Shown piece by piece: positions 1 through 11,002 of a stretch of DNA of 64,000 bases (position 1 is the stretch's first letter; every line of letters begins with the position of its first letter). The position numbers and the translations under genes are program-made. A model generated the notes under the pieces. The model did no database searches, was not told where the DNA came from, and saw nothing but the letters and a program-made list of their open reading frames with translations. Source of the DNA: Octopus sinensis (taxonomy: Eukaryota); contig NC_043004.1 of the NCBI RefSeq assembly GCF_006345805.1, forward strand, positions 84,010,001-84,074,000, given 5' to 3'.

Positions 1-194
1 ACCATAAATCATTTCTTGTGCACTTTTCATTAAGTGCACCAGAGTTATAATTTTCCCTATTAAGGTGTCTGCATATACATATACATATATATATATATGT
101 TGTATGTGGATGTATGTATGTATGTATGTATGTATGTATGTATGTATGTATATATGTATGTATATATGTATGTATATATGTATGTATACATGTA

Positions 195-255
195 TTGATT
201 GATTGATTGATTGATTCCAGTTTCAGCTTATGAGCTGTGGCCATGCTGGGGCACC
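195..255 (-). mobile_element. 3' stub of the CR1/L2-group LINE family, with (ATCA)n tail
   Basis: The reverse complement reads ggtgccccagcatggccacagctcataagctgaaact followed by (aatc)n. It is nearly identical to the LINE 3' end at 18953-18993. Confidence 0.75.
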
Positions 256-331
256 TTGATTTTGTCGTATTTTAAAATCTCCATATTCAATATAAGCCGC
301 CGATTCCATTACGGAATTAACCAGAAAATTC

Positions 332-936
332 ATAATTAATCAATATAGGGTGGCAAAAAAAATTTTGTAGAATTTTTTTGCCACCAGCGGCCTAGTGGGA
401 AAAAATTAAATAGTCATAGACCATTTTTAAGTTCAACATTTTAAGTTCTAGTGGGTGAATGGCCTATTATGGCCGTTCCTTGATTATATTTATTTGCTGC
501 CGATAAATTTGGCGCGAGTGCGATGATTTGAAAATTTTAGGTCAGATATTGCCGAGGCAGGGACGGGAATGCCTCGTGAAAAATATCTGTACCGACTTGG
601 CTATTTCTTACTGATGAATCTAAGGGCCTATGGTAGATTGGCTTGATTTAATTTAATCAGGTTAGTTTACCATTAAACAGTAGATGAAACGGTGCATCGT
701 ATAAGAAATTACAGGGTAAATGTTTTTTTAATTTTCTCCTGGTTTACGGAATTGATGTTATTTTGCGGTTGAAGCTTTTGGCTGTTATTTCTAGTGGGTG
801 AATGGCCTATTATGGCCGTTCCTTGATTGTGATGTTGAACTTAAAAATGGTCTATGACTATTTAATTTTTTTCCACTAGGCCGCTGGTGGCAAAAAAATT
901 CTACAAAATTTTTTTTGCGACCCTATATTGATTAAT

Positions 937-939
<3 letters not shown>
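332..939 (+). mobile_element. Non-coding hammerhead-bearing element (retrozyme or PLE-pLTR-like) with 108-bp inverted ends and a 40-bp internal direct repeat
   Basis: 332-439 and 832-939 are inverted (106/108 identical). 446-485 and 789-828 are an identical 40-bp direct repeat with period 343. An HHR lies between them, and the right end runs into (TA)n. Confidence 0.8.
603..709 (+). ncRNA. Type I hammerhead ribozyme with extended stem II (HHR-1)
   Basis: Stem I atttctta 603-610 / taagaaat 702-709 (8 bp). Core CTGATGA 611-617. Stem II atcta 618-622 / tagat 681-685, extended by a 19-bp hairpin 630-648/655-673 with 5 G-U pairs. GAAA 686-689. Stem III ACGG-tgca-TCGT. Predicted cleavage at GUA, after 701. 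Confidence 0.85.
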
Positions 940-969
<30 letters not shown>

Positions 970-1020
970 GTTGTATACATGTATATATACCTATGAATTT
1001 ATATGTATATATTATACAAA

Positions 1021-1074
<54 letters not shown>

Positions 1075-1426
1075 AAGAGAGAGAAAGAGAAAGAGAGAGA
1101 GAGAGAAAGAGAGAGAGAGATACATAGATAGATCCATGTATATTTGAAAAAGGAGAAAAATGTATATATATCTCACGTGTACACATACACATATACGGAA
1201 TATGATTTTAACATAATAGCTGAAGCTGACAGTTGTTGAGCAGTCTGAATGTCAATATTTCAATTATCATCTTTTAATTTAAAGCTAATTATTTTAATAT
1301 GTATGTCACTATATGACATATGAAATAATTCTCTGTATGTATGTGTTCATGCTTGTCAAAACGTATAGATGGATACGAGCATACATATAGTTATGTGCTT
1401 ATATATGTTTCTAGGTATACATGAAT

Positions 1427-1464
<38 letters not shown>

Positions 1465-1620
1465 AATGTAGTGGTAAGTATTTTGCTTAAAAACGATTCT
1501 CCAGGGATCAGTCCCAGTGCGCGGAAACTTGGGCAAGTGTGTTCTACTATAGGTTCGGGCCGACCAAAGACTTGTAAGTGGATTTGGTAGACGGAAGCTG
1601 AAAGAAGACCGTCTTATATA
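1465..1620 (+). mobile_element. SINE family A, 5' half (element split by the PLE insertion)
   Basis: Degenerate tRNA-like head with cagtcccagtgcg...cttgggcaagtg...gatttggtagacggaagctgaaagaag, matching the complete copies at 20328 and 43066. Confidence 0.8.
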
Positions 1621-1640
1621 TACATACATACATACATACA

Positions 1641-2665
1641 ATGACACCTCCTTCTATTCCCCTCTGCCCTCTAACCCCACACGTAGCTACCAACAGACGG
1701 TATCCTCTACTGTCCGCGACCTCATCTCGTCCTCCCGTGTCCCCCGCACCGCATCCAACCTAATTGTGCGAACCCCACGTACCCCACCATTTACTTCCTC
1801 CCCAAAATCCACAAACCCAACAACCCTGGCCGCCCCATCGTCTCCGCCTGTAACTGCCCCACGGAGCTCATCTCTAAATACCTTGACCGTGTCCTTGCCC
1901 CCCTAGTGACATCTCTTCCCTCCCACATCCACGATACCAACCATGCTCTCCGGCTTTTCAAATCTATGGCTCACCACTTCACCCTACGTGGATACCCCCT
2001 CACCACTATCTACACCGCCCTTGCCAGAGCACGGTCCGTGGACCGTGTATCTGCTCTCTCTCCCCGAACCCGCCCTGTAGTCTCCCGCCTCCCTTTTCCC
2101 CTCACTTACCACCCCACGACCCTACGTCTCCAACGCACCATTCTTCGAGCTTTCCGTCATCTCCAGTCCGACCCGTCCACTTCACACCTCTTCCCTAACC
2201 GACCCTTCCCCTCTTTCAAACGAGCCCACAACCTTCGAGACCTTTTGGTCCATAGCTCCTTCCCTGACCCTACCTCCCAACCCGGCTCGTTTCCCTGTTC
2301 CGCCCACGTTGCCGCACTTGCCCTTACTCTCCAACACCACCCTCCTCACTAGCAAGCACACCATCGACCCTATCCCATCATCCACTCCTTCACCTGCACC
2401 TCCAGCAATATTATCTATTGCGTCTCTTGCTCTCTCTGCCATTCCTTGTACATCGGACAGACGGGACGCCGCTTGGCTGACCGGTTCGCGGAACACCTTC
2501 GTGACATCCACCTTGCGAACGACACACCGGTCTCACGCCATTTCCGCTCCACCGGTCACTCCTTGCAACACCTATCTTGTTCGTTTGTCCTTACACAGAG
2601 GCCATCCGGATTCCGTTTTGCGCCGTGAACAGGAATTAATCTTCTCTCTTCGCTCTTATACGCCA
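1641..2665 (+). pseudogene. Disrupted PLE ORF: RT N-terminus fused to thumb, Zn-finger-like linker and GIY-YIG endonuclease
   Basis: Near 1965, HDTNHALRLFK joins directly to SMAHHFTLRGYP, with no RT catalytic YxDD motif. SSNIIYCVSCSLCHSLYIGQTGRRLADRFAEH at about 2401-2496 is GIY-YIG. Several frameshifts. Confidence 0.85.
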
Positions 2666-2679
2666 TTTGGTCTCAACTC

Positions 2680-2990
2680 CCCCCCCCCCCTCCTCTTCAA
2701 CCCCCCTCTCCCCCTCCTCACCTATCCTTCCCCCCGACCCCTACTTCTTCAGTCCTTCATCCTTTCACCCCTACTCCCCTTCCCTTCTTTCTTTCTCCAT
2801 CCCTCCTTCCCTCTTCCCCTTCCCTCTGCTCCCTCACTCCCCTTCTCTCTCCCCCTCTCCCGCTTTCCTCCTTCCTCCTTCCTCCTCATCCCCCTTCCTT
2901 CTCCCCCTCCTCTCATCTTCCCCCTCTCCTCCCCTCTTCTTCTCCTCCCCTTCTCCTCTTTCCCCTCCCCCTCTTCTCCTCACTACACCA
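2680..2990 (+). repeat. Polypyrimidine (C/T) low-complexity tract in the PLE 3' region
   Basis: Mostly C and T over about 310 bp. Confidence 0.9.
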
Positions 2991-3026
2991 CACGACTTAC
3001 ACATCACATCATATATGATGTGCCAT

Positions 3027-3352
3027 ACTAATACTACACCAACTAATACATACTAATACGTACTAATACATACTAATACATACTATACATACACCAACCC
3101 TATACATACACACGTCCAGACCCCTCATACGCACTTATACTCTCTCATAACACACACACCACACTTATACATACTAATACGTAATACATACTAATACATA
3201 CTAATACATACACCAACCCCATACATACGCACGTCAGAACCTATCCTACGCACTAATACTCTCTCATACACACACACACACACACCCTTATACATACTAA
3301 TACATACACCAACCCTATACATACACACGACCAGACCCCTCCTACACACTAA
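3027..3352 (+). repeat. Imperfect tandem repeat of about 120 bp (about 3 units) built on tactaatacatac
   Basis: The motif atacatacaccaaccc(t/c)atacatac recurs at about 3085, 3205 and 3300. Confidence 0.75.
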
Positions 3353-3522
3353 CAGCTGGTCATTCAAGCCTATTATCAACCCTATTATCTCCCCTTATTT
3401 CGCTCTCGCGTCTCATGTTTGATCTTTGACCTGTGGCCGAAATCAGATCGCCATGTTGATTCGTTAGTTACTGCACGCATTTTTTTCTCTCCTTCTTTCT
3501 GTGTTTTTTTTCTCTCTGTGTA

Positions 3523-3560
3523 TCTTTCTGTTGAAGAGCGTAGGCTCGAAACGTTAAAGA
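3523..3560 (+). ncRNA. Minimal type I hammerhead with variant core (HHR-2) in the PLE pLTR
   Basis: Stem I tcttt/aaaga. Core CTGTTGA plus an extra A (A6 replaced by U). Stem II GAGC-gtag-GCTC. GAAA 3548-3551. Palindromic stem III ACGT (dimer type), H17 = U. Confidence 0.7.
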
Positions 3561-3657
3561 CTTGTTTTATTTATATTTCCTGAGCGCCATACTAATACAT
3601 TTGTTTGTTTGTTTTCCACCTGCCTTCGTATTTTGTCTATTTTCATAAAGCTTCCGT

Positions 3658-3694
<37 letters not shown>

Positions 3695-3849
3695 GTATAT
3701 GTATACACACGTATATACAAATATATATATATACACGTATATATATATATATACATATATATACATATATATACATATATATATACTTATATATACATAT
3801 ATATATGCATGTATATACATATACATATATAAATATATACATATATATG

Positions 3850-4050
3850 TTTGTGTTTCTGTTATTGTCCCCATAATCGCTTGACAGCCGATGTTGGTGT
3901 GCTTATGTCGCCGTAACCTACTGGTTGGGCTAAAGAGTCGATAGGACGAGTACTAGTTTTACAAAGCATAAGTCATGAGGTTGATTTAATCGACTACAGA
4001 CGATCTTCCAGCATAGCCACAATCAAATGACTGAAACACCTAAAAGAAAA
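3850..4050 (+). mobile_element. SINE family A, 3' half (partner of 1465-1620)
   Basis: ttgtcccc...gcttgacagccgatgttggtgtg...ccagcatagccacaatcaaatgactgaaaca tail. Confidence 0.8.
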
Positions 4051-6846
4051 AATTGCAAAAGAAAAGTGTATATATATATACACACGAACAGTTGCAGTGT
4101 GGAACATAGAATTGTATAGCGTAATAGATAAACATATATAAATACAATAATAAAAGAGACAGAGTGCCAAAATTATAGACAAAATGATTGATAGATAGAA
4201 ACAACAAAATGGAGTTTTATATGTGTCTAAGAATTATATTTGTTATTGTCTATATGTTGGTGTATATCTAAATATATATATATATATATTTTTCTTTTAC
4301 TTTGAATTTAACATTGTATTTCTTTCTGTCTTCATTGACCTTACATATCTAAATATTTTAAATGTAGTTCTGAGTAATTCAAAATGAATTCCCTTCAAAA
4401 AGTATTAACCAGTTGTTTGATTTTATTCAACACGAGATTATTTATGTAGAGTGCAATTTTAACAAAAGATTTAAGAAGAATCAACATAAAGAAGAGTTTT
4501 TTGTGTTACATTCTATTCAATTTGTTTGTGAAGCACGCCCTATTTCTCTAGAATCATTGCTGTCAAAAGATATTTTAAGTGGCATAACTTTTTGCTTTAG
4601 ATCTTGTGCCGTTATCGATTTTATGTATCGAATATATATAATCGGTAGTACGAATTTGTTCGCGTAAAACGTATAATCTAGTATGTATATATGCGTGGAT
4701 GCCAGTGTATCAATATGTATAAATATATAAATATGCATTATTTACTTATATACAAACACACACAAACACACACATATATATATATATATATTATATATAA
4801 TATATATATATAATATATATATATATACATACATAAATACATATATATATATATATGCATGTATATATGTATATGTGTATATATATATATATATTATATA
4901 TATATATATATATAATTTAATTTAATTCTCCGTTAAAGTACGACAACACAAATACTCCATTCGGTGAGAGGGTACTATTAATTTATGTGCATAGTTTATA
5001 GATTATGAGTCACTAATTAGCTTCATAAACAGAAGCTATTAGCACGGCATGTTTTGAAACATGCCTCGTATCTCAAAAACACCTTTAGACTTTGTGCACA
5101 GACGTTTCGAAACAAGCTGCACTTCCGAGTCTGATATCTATTTTGTGCAAAAAAGAGATTAAGATCGTTGGGACAGTTTTCCAAAATAATTTCTATACTG
5201 CCATTTGTTTCAGGGTACCAAACTCACAAGACGAACAATGCTGAGGTTTCCATGCAAAAGTACCCTAAATGAACGTTGCATCGATGCAAATGAGTTTCTT
5301 ACGTTTTCCAATATATTCCAAGTATATTTGAATTCTTCACAATATTTTATCTATATACATCATTGCTTCACGTTGTCATCCAGTATACATATATATTATA
5401 TGTTAATATGTATCGTATTTACCATTGTAAGGTCATCTATATATGTAAACACACAGACAGACCGTAATGAGGAAGATGCTTGCTTTGATGAATATATAAT
5501 TGTTAAGCCACTAGCATCCAGCTCATTGTTCAAATACAAACGAGGATCAAGCATTTAGAAAGTCATTATATTAAATGCATTTACAATTGTTTCATTGTAA
5601 TTTAGATTTTATAAACATTCTTTTAATAATGCAGTTATATATGCAAAAATATATTTGAATAATCTCCAACTGAGCTCTTGATAATTTAGTTTAGATTCAC
5701 AAATTATCAATATGTAACCATATTGACATGGACGTGTTTAAGAATGATGAAGTAAATAACAGGATAGCGACAAACGAACAACTTAAAGCTCCTGTTACAG
5801 ATGCACATCTCTCAAGTGTTCTTTATTCTCTGAGAGACCTACGTATTGTTTGAGTATCTGAGCAGCTTAGGTATTTTTATGATGGCCATTATGAATAACG
5901 ATGGCCATAAGACTGTGACCTCTTTACCCCATTCTCTATTTCTGTTTCCTTAGAGTTGGTTCCATTGGCTATCCCTGCTGGATTTCAATTTTGTAAAATG
6001 CCGTGTAGGCTCTCTCTATATATAATTATACACACATACAGACAAACAAAGCAAAGCGGTTTTCTGTTTCTTTCTTCTCATTTCGCGCGTGTCGCAGCCC
6101 TGTGAAGTAATTCGCATTTATAATTATTCGCTGAGCATAGACAGTGAGTAGCCTTCCTTCCTTTGGACAAGCTGAGGCATACAAGATTAAGTTATCATCG
6201 AGTTCCTACATATCGAATCCACATCTTGTGTTGAATACTGTAAATACAGCATAACCGAGTGAAATTAATTCCGTTCGTTTCTGTGCGTCTCTTTGCCTCA
6301 ATCACTTTTTGTCTCATACCCGTATCGGATGGCAATGCGCTCGGTGATCAGAGCAGTGATATTGCTTTAACAATACCGCCTGGTTACTTCAGTTGTTATA
6401 AGAAACAAATTTGTTGCTTACGGAAGCGGAACGTAAGATAATAGAATATACACTCACTTTATATGATATATCATAGAATAATACTACACTGTCATCAATT
6501 GTATTTAACATCGTAATCTTGTGTGTTTTATTGTTATATTTTACTTTTTGCTCCTCACTTACACCGAATAATATATATACATGTTGTGGGGATATTTTTT
6601 CACACACAAAGCGAACACACATATGCACACACAAATATATCCCAACAAAGACGCACACGGGTACACGCACGTACATAAGCAATCTGTATAATTTACTTAA
6701 CCTGGATATACTGACAGAAAGCCACAATACGGCGGTAGTCGACTTGCGAAATATTCTCGTCTAGACGAATAGATTTTTAAAAAGCGCCAAATAACCAAAT
6801 AAAGTGAACAGCAGAGGAAACATTTCTATCAACTTCGTTGAACCTA

Positions 6847-6892
<46 letters not shown>

Positions 6893-6944
6893 ATATAATA
6901 TATATATATATTATATATATATATGTATGTATGTGTGTGTGTGT

Positions 6945-7161
6945 TTGTGTGACTGTGTTTGTCCCCCTTGCATAGCTTGACAACCGATGCTGGTGTGTTT
7001 ATGTCCCCCGTTACTTAGCGGTTCGGCAAAAGAGACCGATAGAATAAGTACTGGGCTTACAAAAGAATAAGTCACGGGGTCGAGTTGTTCGATTAAAGGC
7101 GGTGCTCCAGCATGGCCGCATCAAATGACTGAAACAAGTAAAAGAGTAAAGGAGTAAAGAG

Positions 7162-7165
<4 letters not shown>
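6945..7165 (+). mobile_element. SINE family A, 3' half
   Basis: High identity to 20520-20733. Tail ggcggtgctccagcatggccgc...(agtaaaag)n. Confidence 0.9.
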
Positions 7166-7247
<82 letters not shown>

Positions 7248-7279
7248 TGTGTGTGTGTTTATTACATAGCAAATACTGG

Positions 7280-7495
7280 TTTCAAGTTTTAGCACAAGGC
7301 CAACGCTTATGAAGGGAGGACTAAGTTGATGACATGGAACCCAGTGCTCAAATGGTACTTATTTCATCGACCCCGACGGGAACGGAAGGCAAAGTCGACC
7401 TCGCTGGAATTTGGAATGCCGAACGTAAAGACGGATGACTACAGTTCCACATTTTGCCCAGAGCGGGAACGATGATTGTTCCAGTTGATCGCCTT
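7280..7495 (-). mobile_element. SINE family B (tRNA head, Nin/Deu-like domain), diverged
   Basis: The reverse complement contains gaggtcgactttgccttccgttcccgtcggggtcgatgaaataagtacc, as in the copies at 57.7-59.5 kb. The domain name is from memory. Confidence 0.75.
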
Positions 7496-7859
7496 CCTAC
7501 ATAATATATATATTAGAAACTTGAAATATGTAGATGAACTATTAGGACCAGAAAGATTGGTACCGAATCAAAAGCTATTTGTAATTCCCAATATGTTGCA
7601 TTTCGAAAATACTATTTCATTAAATCATAGTATTTTACTGCTTGTAATATATATTCGAAACGCAAAATATTCATATGGATGTCATATTTGCAAATTGATT
7701 CGGGCATAAGTAATAAATAATACTAAAGTGTTTGGCATTGGTTATAGCGTTTCAATAAACAAGTGTGTGTAAATGTACTACATTCACTTCATACACCTAA
7801 GCTGGCAGTGTTTCCAAGAGAAACACACATACACACACACACTCATGCACATACACACA

Positions 7860-8051
7860 CACATATATTTCTATATCGATAGATTAATAGATAGGTATAT
7901 ATATATATATATATATATTTATAAATATATATGTATGTATATATATATATGTATGTATATATATAAATATATATATATATTTATATATATATGTATATAT
8001 ATATATAATATGTATATATATATATGTATGTATATATATAAATTATATATA

Positions 8052-8094
<43 letters not shown>

Positions 8095-8118
8095 TATATA
8101 TATGTATATATATATATT

Positions 8119-8152
<34 letters not shown>

Positions 8153-8163
8153 TATATATATAT

Positions 8164-8196
<33 letters not shown>

Positions 8197-8215
8197 GTTT
8201 GTGTGTGTGTGTGTT
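7860..8215. repeat. (TA)n-type microsatellite, one of dozens in the window
   Basis: Long imperfect TA run that produces the YIYIYI pseudo-ORFs. Confidence 0.95.
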
Positions 8216-9396
8216 ATGTTTACATATTTGTGCGTAAATAGGTTTGTATGCATAAACGTATATTTGATGCACGTGAAATGTGTTGCGGCTAATGTTTTGT
8301 ACGTAAAATGTAAATTTGTACGCCATAGGAAGATTATATGACCAAATATATTATAAGTCTCTTGTTTGTGACAAACCAAATACCTATGTAGTAATTGTCA
8401 GTCGTTACTCTTCAAAGAATACTTCTTATCGGAAGATATATACGCAATAAAAACAAAAGAGAAGCACAATTGAAAATAACGAATTATACAAATTGTGGTC
8501 CATTAGTGAAATTACGAAAGCGTAAAGGGAACTTTACGAGGGCCAATGAGAGAAAAAAATGTATACCCGAGTGTGCGTTTGTGTGCTCTGTATATGTAGG
8601 AATATAAATATAGTCTTAGTATTTGAGTAAAATATTACTGTTCCATAACAATTCAGAGAAAATCAGATACAATTATATGTAAAGTGAAACATTACCATAC
8701 AAATACGCACTTGTACAAACACATACATATACTTACATACACGTATATAAACATGTGTTTGAGTTTGTATTTATGTATGAAAATATCAAAGGACTTTTAA
8801 ATGCTTTTCAATCGATAAAAAATATATGTGTATATACATACACTCATTTTGTTTTTGTGTCTGCGATTTTTAGAAAAATACAATAGGTTTTATATTTATT
8901 TTCTCTTCAATCATTTATTGGTCATCACGTTTATAGTTGTATTTTTGTCATTCTATTTTCTTTCATCCTATTATTTTATTTTGTTATTGTTTGAAAGTGT
9001 TTGCTAAGAATAACAAAAAACAAAAAAAAAAATTAGCATTTTAGCCAATGTCCCTTTAATGTTATTAAATATATAAGTCAATTTGTAGTTTCAGCGAAAG
9101 AAAAACAACAGTCCAACCACAATTGAAGTATAGATCAACAACAGTGAATTACTTATGCTGTTGTTTGTTTTCTTTTTTAATACATAGAATTTAATCGATG
9201 CCTCTATCGGAGAGGTACGAAGAAATTCTTTGATATTTAATAATATGAAAATGGATACAACACTTTATGGGTGTAAAGTACTAGAGTGACTGTACACCAG
9301 TGCAATTGTTTTAGTCTCGGAACTCAATCTCAGATTGAATTTGTTTTCAATGTAATCTTATAAGATGGGTTTTCAAATTTTAGCCGCATGAATACC

Positions 9397-9439
<43 letters not shown>

Positions 9440-9456
9440 TTAATAATAATAATAAT

Positions 9457-9815
9457 CTATCAATACTAGCAGATGACAACGTGTCTCTAAAAGAAATGGA
9501 GAAACTTTCAAAATACAAGGACCTGGAAATAGAGGTAACTAGAATGTGGAATCTGAAAACAGAAACAATTCCTATCATAGTAGGTGCATTAGGCATGATA
9601 AAAAATATTCAGACAAATACATAGTAAAAACACCAGGACTTTCAAACACAATATGAAATACAGAAAATTGCACTATTAGGCACTGCACACATCCTACGCA
9701 GAACACTTTCAATACTGTAACCATCAGAGCATCAAAACAAATCACAGCACATGCCCAAGGCACACAGCTGCGTTATAAAAATAAGTGAAAGCACGTTATA
9801 AAAATAAAACTACTG
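9457..9815 (+). mobile_element. 3' fragment of an R4/Dong-like non-LTR retrotransposon (restriction-like endonuclease C-terminus)
   Basis: SILADDNVSLKEMEKLSKYKDLEIEVTRMWNLKTETIPIIVGALG, then after frameshifts QKIALLGTAHILRRTLSI, a short 3' UTR and (AAT)n on both sides. Clade assigned from motif memory. Confidence 0.7.
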
Positions 9816-9834
9816 TATGATGATGATGATCATG

Positions 9835-9976
<142 letters not shown>

Positions 9977-10028
9977 TAATAATAATAATAACAATAGTAA
10001 TAATAATAACAATAATAATAATAATAAC

Positions 10029-10059
<31 letters not shown>

Positions 10060-10060
10060 G

Positions 10061-10091
<31 letters not shown>

Positions 10092-10122
10092 GTAATAAAA
10101 TAATAATAATAATAATAATAAG

Positions 10123-10154
<32 letters not shown>

Positions 10155-10236
10155 TAATAAAATAATAACAATATAATAATAATAACAATAATAATAATAA
10201 TAACAATAATAATAATATAATAATATAATAATAATA

Positions 10237-10315
<79 letters not shown>

Positions 10316-10332
10316 TAATAATAATAATAATA

Positions 10333-10375
<43 letters not shown>

Positions 10376-10377
<2 letters not shown>

Positions 10378-11002
10378 GCCCTGATGCAGTACCAGGCAGT
10401 GGCTCTCATGGCTTCTGATCTTAACTGATTGGAAGTGTTATCATGTATGCCCTGATGCAGTACCAGGCAGTGGCTCTCATGGCTTCTGATCTTAACTGAT
10501 TGGAAGTGTTATCATGTACGTTGTTTTGTCTTGGTATAAAAGATGGGCTACAGCAAATATTCTGCTCAATACCACAGATTTGCTTGTCAGTTGTTTGACC
10601 TTAACCAGTTGAGCATGTCCCTTCGTGGCTGACAATATGTGCATCTCTGATCAAGAGCAGAAGTAGTGGGGGAGCATCATAGCCATGTGTTGAGAGGGAT
10701 TCTTTGGGGTTTGAATAGTTCACCTCTGGAAACATGGGTGGTTCTTTCAACATCCTTAAACAACCCTTATTCAGGGACCGTTTGAGCGGGATGGGCTACT
10801 CAATCTGAAGAAAATTCTAACTGGGCCCCACCTGCAAGGTCATGTGCTGTTTATCTTGATATGAGATCACCATGTCGCGCACATATGGTTGTGATGCATG
10901 TGCCTGGTGTACCTTTATCAGACGGGTAGTCATGATGGGTATATTGGGCTTCGTATATTTTACTCCAGTGTCACTTTGATGGCATGCACTGCTCTCTCAC
11001 TC
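10376..11002. mobile_element. Non-coding element of about 630 bp embedded in (AAT)n, with a 71-bp terminal tandem duplication
   Basis: A GC-richer block bounded sharply by AAT tracts. 10376-10446 equals 10447-10517. No ORF of recognisable homology. Confidence 0.65.

Larger units (their letters stand above)
1641..3657 (+). mobile_element. Penelope-like element (Neptune-like), 5'-truncated, RT core deleted, with 3' pseudo-LTR
   Basis: In order: RT N-terminal motifs (YFLPKIHKPNNPGRPIVSACNCPTELISKYLD), thumb/linker (LPFPLTYHP...FKRAHNLRDLLVHS), a Cys/His linker (FPC..PRCRTCP...HSFTC), GIY-YIG, a pyrimidine-rich 3' region and a terminal HHR, ending in (TA)n. Confidence 0.9.

Noticed and set aside
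332-939. Ordinary DNA-transposon MITE interpretation
   Set aside because: Not excluded but disfavoured: an internal direct repeat, a complete HHR, G-U-rich helices and junction microhomology are not expected for a MITE.
2309-3056. 240-aa and 129-aa Pro/Ser/Leu-rich ORFs
   Set aside because: These are mostly read-through into the C/T low-complexity tract. The real PLE reading frame switches among frames through frameshifts.
5039-5558. Possible exons near 5.0-5.5 kb
   Set aside because: Short open frames with ambiguous splice sites and no recognisable product; insufficient support.
7773-8341. Long ORFs rich in YI/IY, poly-I/L/Y/N or VCVC (also 3605-3884, 9796-10409, 13522-13737, 47292-47732, 61172-62878 and others)
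   Set aside because: They are translations of (TA)n, (AAT)n and (CA)n microsatellites that happen to lack stops, with no coding signal.
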